64,000 nt of DNA from an uncultured Verrucomicrobiae bacterium (GTDB lineage Bacteria; Verrucomicrobiota; Verrucomicrobiia; Chthoniobacterales; Chthoniobacteraceae), in the NCBI GenBank assembly GCA_963836755.1, contig CAWIKF010000001.1:704001-768000 (forward strand), in the 5' to 3' direction. The notes under the pieces were generated by a model that was not told where the DNA came from, ran no database searches, and saw only the letters and a list, made by a program, of their open reading frames with translations. Shown in pieces: positions 10,818-20,617 of this stretch; within the stretch, counting starts at the first letter, position 1; the number at the start of each line of letters is the position of its first letter. A program made the translations under genes and the position numbers.

Positions 10818-11744
10818 CTACATCTTCGGCGGATACGCAGGCAAATGCGCGAAGCCGTAACGGAGTAAAAGTTTGCTGTCCTCCCAAATCCCCGGCTTGT
10901 CCGTGTGCATCACGACCGCGATCACCTCGCGCGTCCCCCAAAGCGCAGAGCTGACGAGCACCTGCTGCGCGGGATTCGTGTAGCCAGTTTTGACGCCAGT
11001 GCAGCCGGGGAATACCGTCAGGAGCCGGTTGTGATTGCGCAGCTCGAACGGCCCGTTTTGGTTCGTCCACAAATGGTTGACCGTGCCGACGATGCGGCGA
11101 AAAAGCGGCTGCTGCATGGCGGCGCGCGCGATCAGCGCGAGGTCGTGCGGCGTGGTGTAATGCTCCGGATCGTGCAGGCCGTTCGGGTTGACGAAGTGGC
11201 TGTTCGTCGCGCCGAGTTCGCGCGCGCGGCGATTCATTTTGTCCGCGAATGCTTCGATGCTGCCGGCGTCGTCGCGCGCGAGGAGATGCGCCACGTCGTT
11301 CGCGCTTTTTAAAAGCATTCCGTAGAGCAGCTCGATGCGTGGATAATGATCGCCGACGCGCATCTCGAGCGAACTCTCCGGAACCTTCGGCTCCTCCGCG
11401 TCGGCGAGGGCTTCCTGGTCGAGATGACCATTTTCGATGACGAGCAGCGCGGTCAGAATTTTCGTAGTGCTCGCCGGATAGAAAGGCTGGTCCGCATTTT
11501 TTGCGTAGATAATTTCGCCAGTGACTTCATCGATCACACACGCGCCTTGCGCCGCGATCGGGAGGTCGCCGGTGAAAGTGTAAACATCGACGGCCGGTGA
11601 CGAAGATGCGCTCGCAGCCTGCGTGGGAGCGGCGTCGGCGGTCTTGTGAGTGGAGGCCTTTTTCCGTTTGTGCGTCGTGGCCGCAAACGCGGGAGCGCCG
11701 TGAAAAAACAGCGAGAGGCCGGCGAGCAGCGCGAGATTTTTCAC
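10818..11744 (-). CDS. D-alanyl-D-alanine carboxypeptidase (peptidase S11)
   Basis: SxxK (ASTTK), SxN (SAN) and KTG motifs plus a signal peptide. The GTG start overlaps the upstream TGA. Confidence 0.92.
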   Translation of the reverse strand: MKNLALLAGLSLFFHGAPAFAATTHKRKKASTHKTADAAPTQAASASSSPAVDVYTFTGDLPIAAQGACVIDEVTGEIIYAKNADQPFYPASTTKILTALLVIENGHLDQEALADAEEPKVPESSLEMRVGDHYPRIELLYGMLLKSANDVAHLLARDDAGSIEAFADKMNRRARELGATNSHFVNPNGLHDPEHYTTPHDLALIARAAMQQPLFRRIVGTVNHLWTNQNGPFELRNHNRLLTVFPGCTGVKTGYTNPAQQVLVSSALWGTREVIAVVMHTDKPGIWEDSKLLLRYGFAHLPAYPPKM

Positions 11745-12952
11745 GCAGCCTCGCTCCCATCGACCATCAGCCATCGGATGGGTGACTGGTGCTGAACAAT
11801 CGCGTCATAAACATCGCCGACCGCGCCATCGAATGGCACGGCGATCAAGTCTGCATGCGCCCCGGGAGCGATCTGGCCGAGCGTTTCACTTTTTTGCAAA
11901 GCCTTCGCCGGATGCAGCGTGACGGTGCGCAAAATTTCCTCCGCGCCCAGCGTCGGCTCGTTTTTTTGCAACGCCTGCATCTCGGCAAAAAGGCTGAGCG
12001 AATCATTGCTCGCGAGGCTGTCGGTGCCGAGCGAGATGTTGACGCCGCAGTCGCGCAGTTTCTGGAATTGAAACCTGCTGTGCGCGAAATACGCGTGACT
12101 GCGCGGGCAGTGAACGATGTTTAAACTTTTGCCGGCGAGAAGATCGAAGTCGTCGGCGTCGAGCTCGTTTGCATGCGCGAGAATCCAGTTTTCATCGACG
12201 AGATGATTTTCCAGCAATCGCCGCAGCGAGGAACGCCCGCCGCAATCGCTCATGTCGCGCCCGAGCCCGCGCATGAAATCAAACAGCGGCCCACTCGCGT
12301 CTCGAAACATCGCCTGCTCCTCGCGCGACTCCGCGACGTGCGTCGTGAGCGGCATGCCGGTGATGCGCGCGCAGTCGTTCGCGAGGCGATAAAGCGCCTC
12401 CGATGAAGTGTAAGGCGCGTGCGGGCTGAGGCCGAAACCGCCGAGCCAGCCGGGCCGTTCCTTGAAAAACATGAACGCGCCGGCGACGAGCCGATCCGTG
12501 GCGACGCGATGCCGCACGTCGATCATTTCATAAAACCACCACGTGCGAATCGGCGGCGCGGGCATTTGCGGGAGCAGCTCGGGAAAAGCCTCGATGTTAA
12601 AAACAGTCGTCGTCCCCCATTTTTTCAACTCCACAAAACCGCTCGCAATCGCGCGCAAATAATCGCTGTCGTCGAGGCTGCGCTTGAGCGCGTTGATGCG
12701 CGCGATCCATTGTGTGAAAGGTTGCGCCGCGTGGATGGCGTTGCGCATCATCGAGTAATCGAGATGGCAATGCGCGTTGATCAAGCCGGGCAAAAGCGCC
12801 TGCTCACCAAGGTCGTGAAGCTTGCCGGCGTAGAGCCGTCGCACCTCGTCAAATGCCCCGACGGCTTGGATTTGGCCGCCGGAAATCGCCACCGCGCCGT
12901 TCTCAATCGGCGGCCCATCCATTGTCACGACGATGCGCGCGCGGCAGATCAT
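11741..12952 (-). CDS. Metal-dependent amidohydrolase/deaminase family protein
   Basis: Motifs PGLINAHCHLD, SPHAPY, THVAES, HCPRS and LGTDS. Confidence 0.88.
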   Translation of the reverse strand: MICRARIVVTMDGPPIENGAVAISGGQIQAVGAFDEVRRLYAGKLHDLGEQALLPGLINAHCHLDYSMMRNAIHAAQPFTQWIARINALKRSLDDSDYLRAIASGFVELKKWGTTTVFNIEAFPELLPQMPAPPIRTWWFYEMIDVRHRVATDRLVAGAFMFFKERPGWLGGFGLSPHAPYTSSEALYRLANDCARITGMPLTTHVAESREEQAMFRDASGPLFDFMRGLGRDMSDCGGRSSLRRLLENHLVDENWILAHANELDADDFDLLAGKSLNIVHCPRSHAYFAHSRFQFQKLRDCGVNISLGTDSLASNDSLSLFAEMQALQKNEPTLGAEEILRTVTLHPAKALQKSETLGQIAPGAHADLIAVPFDGAVGDVYDAIVQHQSPIRWLMVDGSEAA

Positions 12953-13587
12953 TTTGGCGCTCCCTCGGTTCCACGGACGACATCGCGAGCGGCTGCGACG
13001 AGGAGATTACAGGCCTCGTGGCAGAGCAGGGGAATCGCCTGAAGGCCCGTGGCAGCTTGATCCACGGCCGGGTCGAACTTTTCCTCAGGCAGCGAAGTCA
13101 TCGGAAAATTGTCGTCGATGCGCCACAAAATAGTTTTTAAACATCCGTCGCAGGATCGACAGAAACGGCCGATGAGCGAATCGGCCTGTTGGTCGGAGAG
13201 TTTCTTCGTCACCGCATACATTCCCGATTGGCGGTTCAGCGTTTCGCGCAGATTTACGCGGAGCAAAACTCCGCGCTCATGCGTCCTAAAGACGCCCAGC
13301 ATTGCGGGGTAAAACTCTTCGATCGCAGCGCGCACTTCTTGAAGATCGCGCAACACGAGTTTCCAGCCGCGGCGCAAATTTGGCGCAGTCTTGAGCGGAC
13401 GAAAAATTCCTGCGGCATCATATTTCGCAAGTTCGCGAGCCGCGATCGGAGAGTTAAACACCTGCAGATTGTCGCGGTCACTGTCAGCGTGATGCGTGAT
13501 TTCGAATGTGCCGCGAATCACAATCTCGCCAATGCTTCCGCCGCCATTTTCCAGCAGTTTTTCGAGAGACGAAACGTTGCCGTTCAC
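12949..13587 (-). CDS. DR2241-family protein (stabilising plus putative Fe-S domain)
   Basis: FRPLKTAPNLRRGW, LNRQSGMY, and Cys cluster C..SC.GC...LLCHEAC; adjacent to a CbiX gene. Confidence 0.7.
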   Translation of the reverse strand: MNGNVSSLEKLLENGGGSIGEIVIRGTFEITHHADSDRDNLQVFNSPIAARELAKYDAAGIFRPLKTAPNLRRGWKLVLRDLQEVRAAIEEFYPAMLGVFRTHERGVLLRVNLRETLNRQSGMYAVTKKLSDQQADSLIGRFCRSCDGCLKTILWRIDDNFPMTSLPEEKFDPAVDQAATGLQAIPLLCHEACNLLVAAARDVVRGTEGAPK

Positions 13588-14405
13588 ACGTGTTGAAAAG
13601 TCTCGTGATGCCGCGCGTCAAAGTCCTCAACCTGATCGAGCACGAGATCTGCAAAAAGTTTCTCTGTCCCGATCGCGCTGCTGTAAAAAAGCTCGCGGCC
13701 ACTGATTTGATAAGGATTCCGGCGGAATACCTCCATCCGGCTCGCAGCCTCGGTCGGCGTATTTTCAATGCCGAGCAGCACCGGGATGTCCTGATGACTG
13801 TGCAGGCCATCGGCCACGAAAAATGGAACGGCGACAACGTTCCGTTGCGTTGCCATTTTCCGCCAATCAGTGACGAGTGGTTCCTCTTCCATGAACACGC
13901 CGAAAACTTCCGCGTATTCGCCGCGCTGTTGAATGAGCCGGACCTGATTCTTCACCGCCGCGCCGGAATTGTCGTTCAGCGAAGTGCCGTGACCGATGAT
14001 CAAAAGGCTCGTCGCGCTCGGCGGCACACCGGGTGCGACTTCAGCGGCGCGATGCAGAAGCAGGTCAGTCATGCGCGCGTGATTTCCCACAGGCTCGCAA
14101 TATTTGACCACTCGCCCGTCGCGCCATGTCACCGCGCCGGGAAGCTCCAGTTCGCGCGGGATGATTTTTTGCGTGAAGTAGCCTTCGCTGATGAAATTCG
14201 GAACGATGTAAATGTCCCCGCTTTCCACTGTGTATAACACCTGTCGCAGGCTCGGCTCTTCTTTCCAAAACGCGCAGGCAACTTCACCAAAAATGCCGCG
14301 AGCCCTGATTTCATCGGCGTGCGCGAGCGTCGGCGCGCTGGAATCGGGGTTGACCGTCGAGCCGTGGCCGACGATGATGAGCGCGCTGTCCGGTTTTGAA
14401 AACAT
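13584..14405 (-). CDS. CbiX/SirB-type chelatase (two CbiX repeats)
   Basis: IVGHGS...VPNFISEGY and IIGHGT...VPFFVADGLHSHQDIP. Confidence 0.85.
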   Translation of the reverse strand: MFSKPDSALIIVGHGSTVNPDSSAPTLAHADEIRARGIFGEVACAFWKEEPSLRQVLYTVESGDIYIVPNFISEGYFTQKIIPRELELPGAVTWRDGRVVKYCEPVGNHARMTDLLLHRAAEVAPGVPPSATSLLIIGHGTSLNDNSGAAVKNQVRLIQQRGEYAEVFGVFMEEEPLVTDWRKMATQRNVVAVPFFVADGLHSHQDIPVLLGIENTPTEAASRMEVFRRNPYQISGRELFYSSAIGTEKLFADLVLDQVEDFDARHHETFQHV

Positions 14406-14438
14406 TGCGGAGACTTTCGCGGATGCCCCGGGCGAAGT

Positions 14439-16217
14439 CTAATGGAATGCCGCGTCGATCGTCGCCACCTGCTGCCGCGCGCCATCGTCGTGGACATCGA
14501 ATTCTGCGGCGTGACGGTAAGCGCGCAGCGCAGAATCGGGCTGGTGCGCGTGCAGCCACAAGTCTCCGAGCAGATGCCAGGAATCGGAGCGCCACCATTG
14601 CGTCGTGAGGACTTTTTGCAGCGCTAAAATTGCCGGCTTCAGCTCGCGGCGCTCGATGAGATGACCGATGTAGCGTTTCTGGATCGACCAATCGTTCGGC
14701 GCGGATTGAGCGGCTTCAGCAAGCAAGTCGACGCGATCGCGGCCGGTCTGTTTGTATTCCAAAATCGCGAGATCCTGAATCGCTTCCGAACGCGTCAGCG
14801 GAATGCGGGCAGCTTTTTCAAATGCGTCTTGCGCCTTTTCAAAATTGTTCTCGCGCAAATAAACAGCTCCGAGTCCGAGCAGTCCTAAAGGCTGTTCTGG
14901 CGCACGTTGCAACGCCGTCACGAAATATGCTTCGGCGACGCGCTGATGACCCTGCGCCGATTCGAGCTGGCCGAGATTAATCAGCATGCGCGCGCTGTCA
15001 CCGCCGTCGGCAATCGTCCGCTCGAGAAAGGTCCGCTGATCGCGCCAATCGAAGTTGCGGGTAAAAGTTCGCGTTGCGAGAAATGCCGCCCAAGCCAGCA
15101 GCAGAGCCCATCCGGCGGATTTTGAAAGCCGAGGATGCGTAAGACTCAAAGCAGCGCCGGCAAACAAAAAAGCACTCGGAAAATAGAGCCAATGTTCGGC
15201 GACGGTCGCATTCAGACGCAGTAAATTCGAGACGGGCAAATACGCGATGACGAATGCAGCGAGGCAAAAGAACGCGCAGAGTTCGCGACGGCGCGTCCAG
15301 CGCATCCAGAAATAAAACGCGGCCATCAGCAGCACGCCGAGGAGCGATTGGAACTCGCGCAATTCAGCCGAGCGCAGGGTCGCATTCGCATCGCCGCGGC
15401 CAAAGGGGAGCACGTCGCGCTCCATGTGCAGGTGCGCTGGCGCAAGTAAAAGTCCCGCGTATTCAGCCCACGCCCGCGCGATCAAGATCGGCCGCGCGGC
15501 CGCGGCGATTGCAGTGGGCGGAGGCGGCGGCGTTTCGTGTTCTGCGGTAAAACGGAGCGCGCCGTAAATTCCAGCGATGCAGATCAGCGCGAGCAGCATC
15601 GGCCAAGGCTTTCGCTTGTTAAAAAAAGGAATGCACATCGCGAGCAGCGATGCGACGCAGCCACTTTCCTTTGACAACATTGCGGCGAGCAAACACGCCG
15701 CTCCGGAAATGAGCGACAGCGACGATCGCCCCATCGCCAAATAAAGTCCGGCGAAGCCGAAAAATGCCGCGATCAAGTCGGCGCGGCCTGACACATAAAT
15801 CACCGCCGCGGAATGCAGCGGATGAATTGCCCAAATCGTCGCCACGGCTGATGCCAGCAGGGTTGCGCGCGGGACCGCAAAATGCGCAAACAATTTTTCG
15901 AGAAGTAAGAAAAGCATCACCGCGGCCGCCGCGTGCAGCAGCAGATTCGTGAGATGCCAGCCCCATGCGTGAAAGCCGAACCAAGCGTAATCCCAAGTGT
16001 TCGCCACGCGTTGCAGCGGCCGGTAAAAGTCCGACGGGGCCGCGTCGGTGAAAAGAAAATGGCGAAAACTTTGCGGCAGCAGCCGCCAGCTTCGGATGAA
16101 CGGGTCGCGAAAAACCAACGCGGTGTCGTCCCAGACAAAGCCGTCGCGCAGGGCCGGCGCATAGACGGCGAAGACCGCGACGATGATCAGCAGAATGCCA
16201 GCAGTGCGTTTATTCAG
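14439..16217 (-). CDS. TMTC-like GT-C glycosyltransferase with C-terminal TPRs
   Basis: The frame extends upstream of the listed ORF through LNKRTAGILLII...YAPALRDGFVWDD. Motifs FYRPL, WHLTNLLLH, HPLH...SGRADL, SKE and AEHWLY, then TPRs. Start uncertain (CTG 16217). Confidence 0.82.
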   Translation of the reverse strand: MNKRTAGILLIIVAVFAVYAPALRDGFVWDDTALVFRDPFIRSWRLLPQSFRHFLFTDAAPSDFYRPLQRVANTWDYAWFGFHAWGWHLTNLLLHAAAAVMLFLLLEKLFAHFAVPRATLLASAVATIWAIHPLHSAAVIYVSGRADLIAAFFGFAGLYLAMGRSSLSLISGAACLLAAMLSKESGCVASLLAMCIPFFNKRKPWPMLLALICIAGIYGALRFTAEHETPPPPPTAIAAAARPILIARAWAEYAGLLLAPAHLHMERDVLPFGRGDANATLRSAELREFQSLLGVLLMAAFYFWMRWTRRRELCAFFCLAAFVIAYLPVSNLLRLNATVAEHWLYFPSAFLFAGAALSLTHPRLSKSAGWALLLAWAAFLATRTFTRNFDWRDQRTFLERTIADGGDSARMLINLGQLESAQGHQRVAEAYFVTALQRAPEQPLGLLGLGAVYLRENNFEKAQDAFEKAARIPLTRSEAIQDLAILEYKQTGRDRVDLLAEAAQSAPNDWSIQKRYIGHLIERRELKPAILALQKVLTTQWWRSDSWHLLGDLWLHAHQPDSALRAYRHAAEFDVHDDGARQQVATIDAAFH

Positions 16218-16328
16218 AGCGCGCGATGATGCGCGGCGGCGCGCGCTGCATCAACTCCGAAACGGGCGCGCACATTTGGATGCGCTGCGTTCACACGTGC
16301 AAAGCTCGGTGCGCGCGAAACTAAAAGC

Positions 16329-16487
16329 ATGGCCACAACAAAACAAAAAACCGCGGCAAAAAAGAACATCAAGAAGGCAGCAAGCGCCGCAAAAGCGAAA
16401 AAGACGATCTCGCATTTGCCGAAAAAAACGCGCAGTGCGCTTGGGAAAAAAGGAGCGGCGGCTGCCAAGAAAAAGCGCGACGGCTGA
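16329..16487 (+). CDS. Small Lys/Ala-rich basic protein (52 aa)
   Basis: Manual translation: MATTKQKTAAKKNIKKAASAAKAKKTISHLPKKTRSALGKKGAAAAKKKRDG*. It is below the ORF-track size cut-off. Confidence 0.7.
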   Translation: MATTKQKTAAKKNIKKAASAAKAKKTISHLPKKTRSALGKKGAAAAKKKRDG

Positions 16488-16533
16488 AATTCTCTTCAAG
16501 TCCGAATCCTCTGCCGGCGCCGATTTGCAGGCG

Positions 16534-16644
16534 ATGTTTGCTTTCTTCTCCAACCGCTTGGGCTGCATCGGCTCACTGCTCGTCTCGCTCCTCGGCACCG
16601 CGCTTTTGATTCTTCTCATGCGCGGCTGTCATGGAGCAATGTGA
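16534..16644 (+). CDS. Small single-TM protein (36 aa)
   Basis: MFAFFSNRLGCIGSLLVSLLGTALLILLMRGCHGAM*, ending 6 nt before the next gene. Confidence 0.5.
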   Translation: MFAFFSNRLGCIGSLLVSLLGTALLILLMRGCHGAM

Positions 16645-16650
16645 GGGGCG

Positions 16651-17604
16651 ATGAGCGCTGACCCGATCCTCGATGCCGTCATCGTCGGCGGCGGGCCGGC
16701 CGGGCTCAGTGCCGCGCTCGTGCTCGGGCGCTGCCTGCGCCGCGTGCTGGTCTGCGACGCCGGCTTGCCGCGCAACGCGCCCGCGCGCATTTTCAATGGC
16801 TTCCTCTCGCGCGACGGTTCGACGCCCGCGGAGTTCCTAGAAATTTGCCGCAAGCAGCTTCGGCGCTACGAAACGGTCGAGCTGCGCAAAGTAAAAGTGG
16901 AGGATGTCGAACGCGGCGATCGGCGATTCACGGTCGTCCTCGAGACGGGCGAGCGCATTGTGACGCGGCTGATTTTGCTCGCGAGCGGGCTCGTCGATGA
17001 ACTGCCGCAGATCGAGGGCTTGAAACAATTTTACGGAAAGACTGCGCACAGTTGCCCGTATTGCGACGGCTGGGAAAGTCGCGGCGAGCCGATGGCGGTT
17101 GCGGGTGGAAACCAGTGCGCCGTCGATCTCGCGATTGAACTGCTTTTGTGGAGCAAGGACGTCGTCCTTTGCACGAACGGCTCGCTGACTTGCGATGAAA
17201 AATCGCGCGCACAATTGCAACGCGCGGCTGTGCGAATCATCGACACACCGATCGCGCGGCTCGAGGGCGAGGGCGAGGAGCTGCGCGGCATCCGCTTTAC
17301 CGATAGAAGTTTTCTTCCGCGGAAAGTGCTTTTCTTTTCTCCCGAGCAACACCAGCGCTCGCCGCTCGCCGAACGCCTCGGCTGCGGATTTTGTCCCGAC
17401 GATGTGTGTTGCATCGAGTCCGGAGATGATACGGCGACGTGCGTGCCGGGCGTTTATGCAGCGGGCAATGCGAGTAAAGGCGTGCAACTCGTGATCGCCG
17501 CTGCCGCCGAGGGAACGCTCGCGGCCGTTGCGATGAACAACGCGCTGCTCGAGGCCGATGCCGAAACCGGCGCGCTCGCCGACGCGGAAATCGCAGGCAT
17601 TTGA
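16651..17604 (+). CDS. NAD(P)/FAD-dependent oxidoreductase, thioredoxin-reductase-like
   Basis: GGGPAG FAD motif, CPYCDGWE and PGVYAAGN. Confidence 0.9.
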   Translation: MSADPILDAVIVGGGPAGLSAALVLGRCLRRVLVCDAGLPRNAPARIFNGFLSRDGSTPAEFLEICRKQLRRYETVELRKVKVEDVERGDRRFTVVLETGERIVTRLILLASGLVDELPQIEGLKQFYGKTAHSCPYCDGWESRGEPMAVAGGNQCAVDLAIELLLWSKDVVLCTNGSLTCDEKSRAQLQRAAVRIIDTPIARLEGEGEELRGIRFTDRSFLPRKVLFFSPEQHQRSPLAERLGCGFCPDDVCCIESGDDTATCVPGVYAAGNASKGVQLVIAAAAEGTLAAVAMNNALLEADAETGALADAEIAGI

Positions 17605-17651
17605 CAGCAGAGTTTTAAAACCGGCTGCCGCACTCCGTGCGTAACTTGTTT

Positions 17652-17840
17652 ATGCCAGCAAAATCCAAAAAACAGCAGATGGCCGCCGGCGCTGCACTCG
17701 CGGCGAAGCGCGGCGAAAAATCAAAGTCTTCGCTCAAGGGCGCGTCGAAACAAATGGTGAAGTCCATGAGCGAAAAACAGCTCGACGAACTCGCGAGCAC
17801 GAAGCGCAAAAAGCTTCCTGCCAAAAAGACTAAAAAGTAA
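17652..17840 (+). CDS. DUF3008-family small basic protein
   Basis: MPAKSKKQQMAAGAALAAKRGE...LKGASKQMVKSMSEKQLDELASTKRKKLP. Confidence 0.8.
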   Translation: MPAKSKKQQMAAGAALAAKRGEKSKSSLKGASKQMVKSMSEKQLDELASTKRKKLPAKKTKK

Positions 17841-17862
17841 GCAGCCGCGCGCCGGCTGCTTT
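17839..17862 (+). terminator. Possible terminator hairpin
   Basis: AAGCAGCCG-CGCGC-CGGCTGCTTT. Confidence 0.45.
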
Positions 17863-17868
17863 GCAAAA

Positions 17869-18765
17869 ATGGCGCGCCAAAAAAAACCGGCTACGCGGCG
17901 CGATGCCTTTCGCATCGGCATTTCCGGCTGGACCTACGCGCGCTGGCGCGGCGTTTTTTATCCGCCCGGATTGGCGCACCGCAGCGAACTCAGCTACGCG
18001 AGTCGAAAGGTCAATTCCATCGAGATCAACGGCTCCTTTTATTCGCTCCAGCGCCCGACCAGCTATCAGCGCTGGCACGACGAAACGCCAGACGACTTCA
18101 TCTTCAGCGTCAAAGGCTCGCGCTTCATCACTCACATGAAAAAGCTGCGCGACATCCGCATCCCGCTCGCAAACTTTTTCGCGTCGGGATTACTGTGTCT
18201 CCGCGAAAAGCTCGGGCCGATCCTTTGGCAATTCCCGCCGAATCTCAGATGGGACGCCGAGCGATTCGGTAGCTTTTTCGATCTACTCCCGCGGGACACC
18301 GCAGCCGCCGCGGAGCTCGCGCGCGAGCACGACGCGAAACTCGAAGGCCGCGCTTGGACGAAGGCCGACGCCGCGCGACCAATCCGCCACGCGGTCGAGA
18401 TTCGCCATCCCACTTTTCTCACGCCGGAGTTCTTTGCGCTTTTGCGCAAACAGAACATCGCCTTCGTCATCGCCGACACCGCGGGCAAATGGCCATACAT
18501 CGAAGAAATTACCGCCGATTTTGTTTACTGCCGCCTCCACGGTGCGGAGGAACTTTACGCCAGCGGCTACACCGAAACGGCGCTCGACTGGTGGGCGCGG
18601 CGTCTCCGTCAATGGCAGCGCGGCCTGCAGCCCGACGACGCCCGGCTTCTCACGCACACGCGGCTGCGCAAAGCCGCGCAAGACATCTTTCTCTACTTTG
18701 ACAACGACGCCAAAGTTCACGCTCCTTCTGACGCAATCAATCTCGCGAAGCTTCTACGCGAATAG
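17869..18765 (+). CDS. DUF72 (YecE-like) protein
   Basis: Motifs [37 protein letters not shown] and YFDND. Confidence 0.9.
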   Translation: MARQKKPATRRDAFRIGISGWTYARWRGVFYPPGLAHRSELSYASRKVNSIEINGSFYSLQRPTSYQRWHDETPDDFIFSVKGSRFITHMKKLRDIRIPLANFFASGLLCLREKLGPILWQFPPNLRWDAERFGSFFDLLPRDTAAAAELAREHDAKLEGRAWTKADAARPIRHAVEIRHPTFLTPEFFALLRKQNIAFVIADTAGKWPYIEEITADFVYCRLHGAEELYASGYTETALDWWARRLRQWQRGLQPDDARLLTHTRLRKAAQDIFLYFDNDAKVHAPSDAINLAKLLRE

Positions 18766-18795
18766 CTGGCAATGGAGCTGAATCGTGAAAGTGTT

Positions 18796-19589
18796 CTAGA
18801 AGCCAATGCTCGCTCCGCCGTCCACGGGCAGGACAACTCCAGTGATGAATTTGCCGCCGTGGAGCAAAGGTAAACCGCAGCCCAGCCAATGTCGTCCGCC
18901 TCGCCGAAGCGATTCATAGGCGTGCGGCCGAGAATTTTTTCGGCGCGGGAAGGATCGTTCCGAAGCGCGTTGCGCATCATCTCGGAATCGATCCAGCCGG
19001 GCGCGATCGCATTCACTCTGACTCCCTGCCCTGAGACTTCGGCGGCGAGCGTGCGCACCATTCCGATATAGGCGCTCTTGGCCGCGCTGTAGGCCAGCAC
19101 CAACGGAATGCCGAAAAGCGACGCCATTGAGGCGATGAAAACAATATTCCCATGCTGGCGCGCGAGCATCCCGGGCAGCACGGCGGCGCTGAGAGCGTGC
19201 GCGCCCAGGACGTGGGTCTGTAAGACCGAATCAAACTCTGCGATTTTAGTTTCGGCGGCTGGTTTTTTGAGATGAATCCCGGCGTTGTTGATCAGGATCG
19301 AAATGGGAGAGGCGGATATTTTCTCCGCCTGTTCGATACAATGCTCCGCGGCTGCGAAGTCAGTCACATCGTGGGAAATCCCAAACGCCCCGTCGCCAAG
19401 CTCTCGCACCGCTTTTTCGATCGCATCGCTCCGCCGCCCCACGAGCACTACACGCGCGCCGGCGGAGACGAAGCAGCGCGCCATGCCAAAGCCGAGGCCA
19501 CTCGCACCGCCTGTGATGACTGCAGTCTCACCGGCGAGTGAAAAAGGTCCTGCGGCCGCGTCTAAGCTCTGTGGATTGGAAGATTTCAT
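18796..19589 (-). CDS. SDR-family sugar/sugar-acid dehydrogenase, 1-nt frameshift near 18851
   Basis: [17 protein letters not shown] and VNAIAPG motifs. Restoring one A in the AAA run gives the canonical end [18 protein letters not shown] (stop at 18796). Confidence 0.88.
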
Positions 19590-19696
19590 CCTGCGTTAGG
19601 TGGATGAACGCATGTTGCCGAAGCGGATTGCGAATGGAAGAAAACATTCGGAACGCCCTTTTCATCAGTTGCTTTTTTCCGGAGTATCAAGGCTCC

Positions 19697-20545
19697 TTGA
19701 AAACGTTGCGAATAGACTCACACAATCATTTTTGGAAATACGATCCGGCCCAACATACTTGGATGACCGATCAGATGGGAGTGTTGAAGCGGGATTATCT
19801 GCCGGACGATTTTAAGCCTTTATTGGAACAGGCAGGCTTTGACGGAAGCGTGGTCGTCCAAGCGCGTCAAAGTCTGGAAGAAACGGAATGGTTGCTAGGA
19901 CTGGCAGAGCGCTATGACTTCCTAAAAGGAGTTGTAGGATGGGTCGACTTGCAATCACCCGAAGTTCGGAGCCAGCTAGGAAAATACTCTTCCTCTCCGC
20001 ATCTGCTTGGCGTCCGGCATGTGGTGCATGATGAACCAGATGATAGGTTCATGCTTCGAAAGGAATTCCTTCGCGGTATTGAACAATTGGAAGACTTCGA
20101 GTTGAGCTATGACTTGTTGTTATTTCCGAAGCACCTGCCGGTAGCGGCGGAGCTTGTCCGGAAGTTCCCCCAGCAGCGTTTTGTGGTGGATCACATCGCA
20201 AAGCCTTCTCCTAATCGCGGACCCATCTCAGGTTGGAAAGAAGATATTGAGCGGCTGGCATCATTCCCAAAAGTATACTGCAAGCTATCCGGCATGGTAA
20301 CTGAAGCCAGCTGGAACGCGTGGCACGCCGAAGACTTTCACGCTTATCTAGATCATGTTTATGAGGCATTCGGACCAGAGCGCCTGATGATCGGCTCGGA
20401 CTGGCCCGTATGCACCTTGGCTGGCAGTTATGCGGCTGTCATGCAGATCGTCATCGACTGGCTTGAACGATTTCAAGTGTCCGTTAGGGAGAATATCCTC
20501 GGCGGCAATTGCGCCACGTTTTACAAGCTTCGATTCGAAAATTGA
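19697..20545 (+). CDS. Amidohydrolase_2 family sugar lactonase (L-fucono/L-rhamnono-lactonase-like)
   Basis: Motifs RIDSHNHFW, VVVQA, VVGWVD, DHIAKP, CKLSGMVTE and GSDWPVC. Confidence 0.85.
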   Translation: MKTLRIDSHNHFWKYDPAQHTWMTDQMGVLKRDYLPDDFKPLLEQAGFDGSVVVQARQSLEETEWLLGLAERYDFLKGVVGWVDLQSPEVRSQLGKYSSSPHLLGVRHVVHDEPDDRFMLRKEFLRGIEQLEDFELSYDLLLFPKHLPVAAELVRKFPQQRFVVDHIAKPSPNRGPISGWKEDIERLASFPKVYCKLSGMVTEASWNAWHAEDFHAYLDHVYEAFGPERLMIGSDWPVCTLAGSYAAVMQIVIDWLERFQVSVRENILGGNCATFYKLRFEN

Positions 20546-20617
20546 CTTCGCTCTACCCGATGTCCTAGAACTGCATTTGGCTGACAGAGTTCAGCCAAGC
20601 AGTTCACCTCCATCAAC

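Noticed and set aside
18717..18852. Programmed frameshifting or true pseudogenisation in the SDR, rnr and waaF genes
   Set aside because: All are single-base indels in short homopolymer runs within otherwise intact genes, and no slippery heptamer with a downstream structure was seen. Consensus error is more parsimonious.
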